Assembly (NCBI GenBank): GCA_039831155.1
Contig: JBDONT010000043.1
Coordinates: 32,001 to 96,000, forward strand
Source of the DNA: Nautiliaceae bacterium
GTDB taxonomy: Bacteria; Campylobacterota; Campylobacteria; Campylobacterales; Nautiliaceae
Reading direction: 5' to 3'
Length of the DNA stretch: 64,000 nt
A model generated the notes under the pieces. The model searched no databases. It saw only the letters and a list, made by a program, of their open reading frames with translations, and had not been told where the DNA came from. Each line of letters opens with the position of its first letter. Position 1 is the first letter of the stretch. The position numbers were made by a program, and so were the translations under genes. Below, piece after piece: positions 62,542 through 64,000 of this stretch.

Positions 62542-63969
62542 ATGAGTAAATATGAAGTTGTAATAGGTTTAGAGGTTCACGTTCAGTTAAATACGAAAAC
62601 AAAAATCTTTTGTAACTGTGCTACGAGTTTTGGGGATAAACCAAATTCAAATACGTGTCCTACGTGTCTTGGGCTTCCGGGAGCTTTACCGGTACTTAAT
62701 AAAGAAGCGGTAAAAAAAGCCGTAATGTTTGGAAAAGCGGTAAATGCCGAAATTAATAAAAAATCAATTTTCGCCAGAAAAAACTATTTTTATCCGGACC
62801 TTCCAAAAGGGTATCAAATTTCTCAATTTGAAATACCTATTGTCGGAAAAGGGAGTTTAACAATAGAAGTAGACGGTAAAACTAAAGAAATAGGAATTAC
62901 AAGAGCCCACCTTGAAGAGGATGCAGGTAAAAACATTCACGACGGGGAAGTTAGTAAAGTTGATTTAAACAGAGCCGGAACGCCTTTACTTGAAATTGTA
63001 AGTGAACCGGATATGAGAAGCAGTGATGAGGCTATTGCGTATCTTAAAAAACTTCATTCAATCGTAAAATATTTAGGGATTAGTGATGCCAATATGCAAG
63101 AGGGCTCATTTAGATGTGACGCAAACGTATCCGTTAGACCAAAAGGTCAAAAGGAGTTCGGTACAAGAGTTGAGATTAAAAATATAAACTCATTTAGATT
63201 TATTAAACAAGCGATTGAATATGAAATTGAAAGACATATTGAAGCTTACGAATATGACGAATATGAAGAAGAGGTAGTACAAGAGACTAGACTTTTTGAT
63301 TCTAAAACGGGTGAAACTAGAAGTATGAGAGGAAAAGAAGAATCGGCTGATTACAGATATTTCCCAGACCCGGATTTATTGCCTCTTGTTGTGCCGGATG
63401 AGTTTTTTGATATTGAAATTCCGGAGCTTCCGGATGAGAAAAAAGAGAGATACATAAAAGAATACGGACTTAAAGAATACGATGCCGGAGTTCTTACAAG
63501 TGAACCGGAACTTGCTAGATATTTTGAAGATTTAGTAGAAAAAGGGTGTGAGCCGGTAATGGCTAATAACTGGCTTGCAGTTGAGCTTTTGGGAAGACTA
63601 AATAAAGCCGGTATTTCTATTGAAAATTCACCGGTAAGCAGTGAAAAACTTGCTAAACTAATTGAAAGAATTAAAGATTCTACAATCAGTGGTGCAGGTG
63701 GTAAAAAGGTTCTTGATTTATTAATGGAAGAGGATATTGAAGTTGACATGGCTATTGAAAAACTCGGACTTAAACAGGTAAGTGATGAGAGTGCAATTGA
63801 AAAGATGGTTGATGAAGTTTTAAGTGCAAATGAAGATAAAGTGGCTGAATACAAAGCGGGAAAAGAGAAATTATTCGGTTTCTTTGTCGGTCAGGTTATG
63901 AAAGCTAGTCGTGGAAAAGCAAACCCTCAAGTGGTTAATAAAATTTTAAAGAGCAAATTAAGTGATTAA
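62542..63969 (+). CDS. gatB: Asp/Glu-tRNA amidotransferase subunit B
   Basis: [35 protein letters not shown] and [10 protein letters not shown]. Confidence 0.98.
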   Translation: MSKYEVVIGLEVHVQLNTKTKIFCNCATSFGDKPNSNTCPTCLGLPGALPVLNKEAVKKAVMFGKAVNAEINKKSIFARKNYFYPDLPKGYQISQFEIPIVGKGSLTIEVDGKTKEIGITRAHLEEDAGKNIHDGEVSKVDLNRAGTPLLEIVSEPDMRSSDEAIAYLKKLHSIVKYLGISDANMQEGSFRCDANVSVRPKGQKEFGTRVEIKNINSFRFIKQAIEYEIERHIEAYEYDEYEEEVVQETRLFDSKTGETRSMRGKEESADYRYFPDPDLLPLVVPDEFFDIEIPELPDEKKERYIKEYGLKEYDAGVLTSEPELARYFEDLVEKGCEPVMANNWLAVELLGRLNKAGISIENSPVSSEKLAKLIERIKDSTISGAGGKKVLDLLMEEDIEVDMAIEKLGLKQVSDESAIEKMVDEVLSANEDKVAEYKAGKEKLFGFFVGQVMKASRGKANPQVVNKILKSKLSD

Positions 63970-64000
63970 AAAGTTTTTTTACTATTTAAAAACTACAACC

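Overview
AT-rich chromosomal window from a Campylobacterota (Epsilonproteobacteria) bacterium. Gene content and order suggest a Nautiliaceae-like hydrothermal-vent chemolithoautotroph (inference, no search run). Most of it is conserved housekeeping backbone: ilvC-minDE-dprA-ruvX, hemL, gatC/gatB, queA, mutS2, uvrB, priA, argD, truD, tatAC, serB-tal, rplY-pth-lptG-lysA-pheA-hisC-fliFGH-dxs, msrA, hup and ilvA, plus tRNA-Arg(CCT) and tRNA-Leu(CAA). I saw no rRNA, CRISPR array, integrase or intact transposase. Points of interest: (1) a dispersed type IV pilus/competence set (PilB, PilC, PilT, a PilU-like ATPase, three pilins, DprA). (2) A type-E SdhA/SdhB/HdrB-like fumarate-reductase locus with no Tat signal, split by an antisense tRNA and followed by a kinase lacking a canonical start codon, a second SdhB and a PAS protein. 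(3) An approximately 2.9 kb accessory patch (33.6-36.6 kb) holding an HBM-type chemoreceptor between two related MITEs, an IS1380 remnant, a REP-like hairpin and an orphan mqnE 3' fragment. (4) A toxin-first HEPN-MNT pair coupled to uvrB. (5) An apparently strongly expressed, stand-alone multi-winged-helix DUF505-like protein. (6) A long hairpin burying the minD ribosome-binding site. (7) A WD40 plus 84-aa helical-repeat protein and a nuclease-fold lipoprotein near tRNA-Leu. I could not establish a new multi-gene system from sequence alone; the best candidates are listed with tests.
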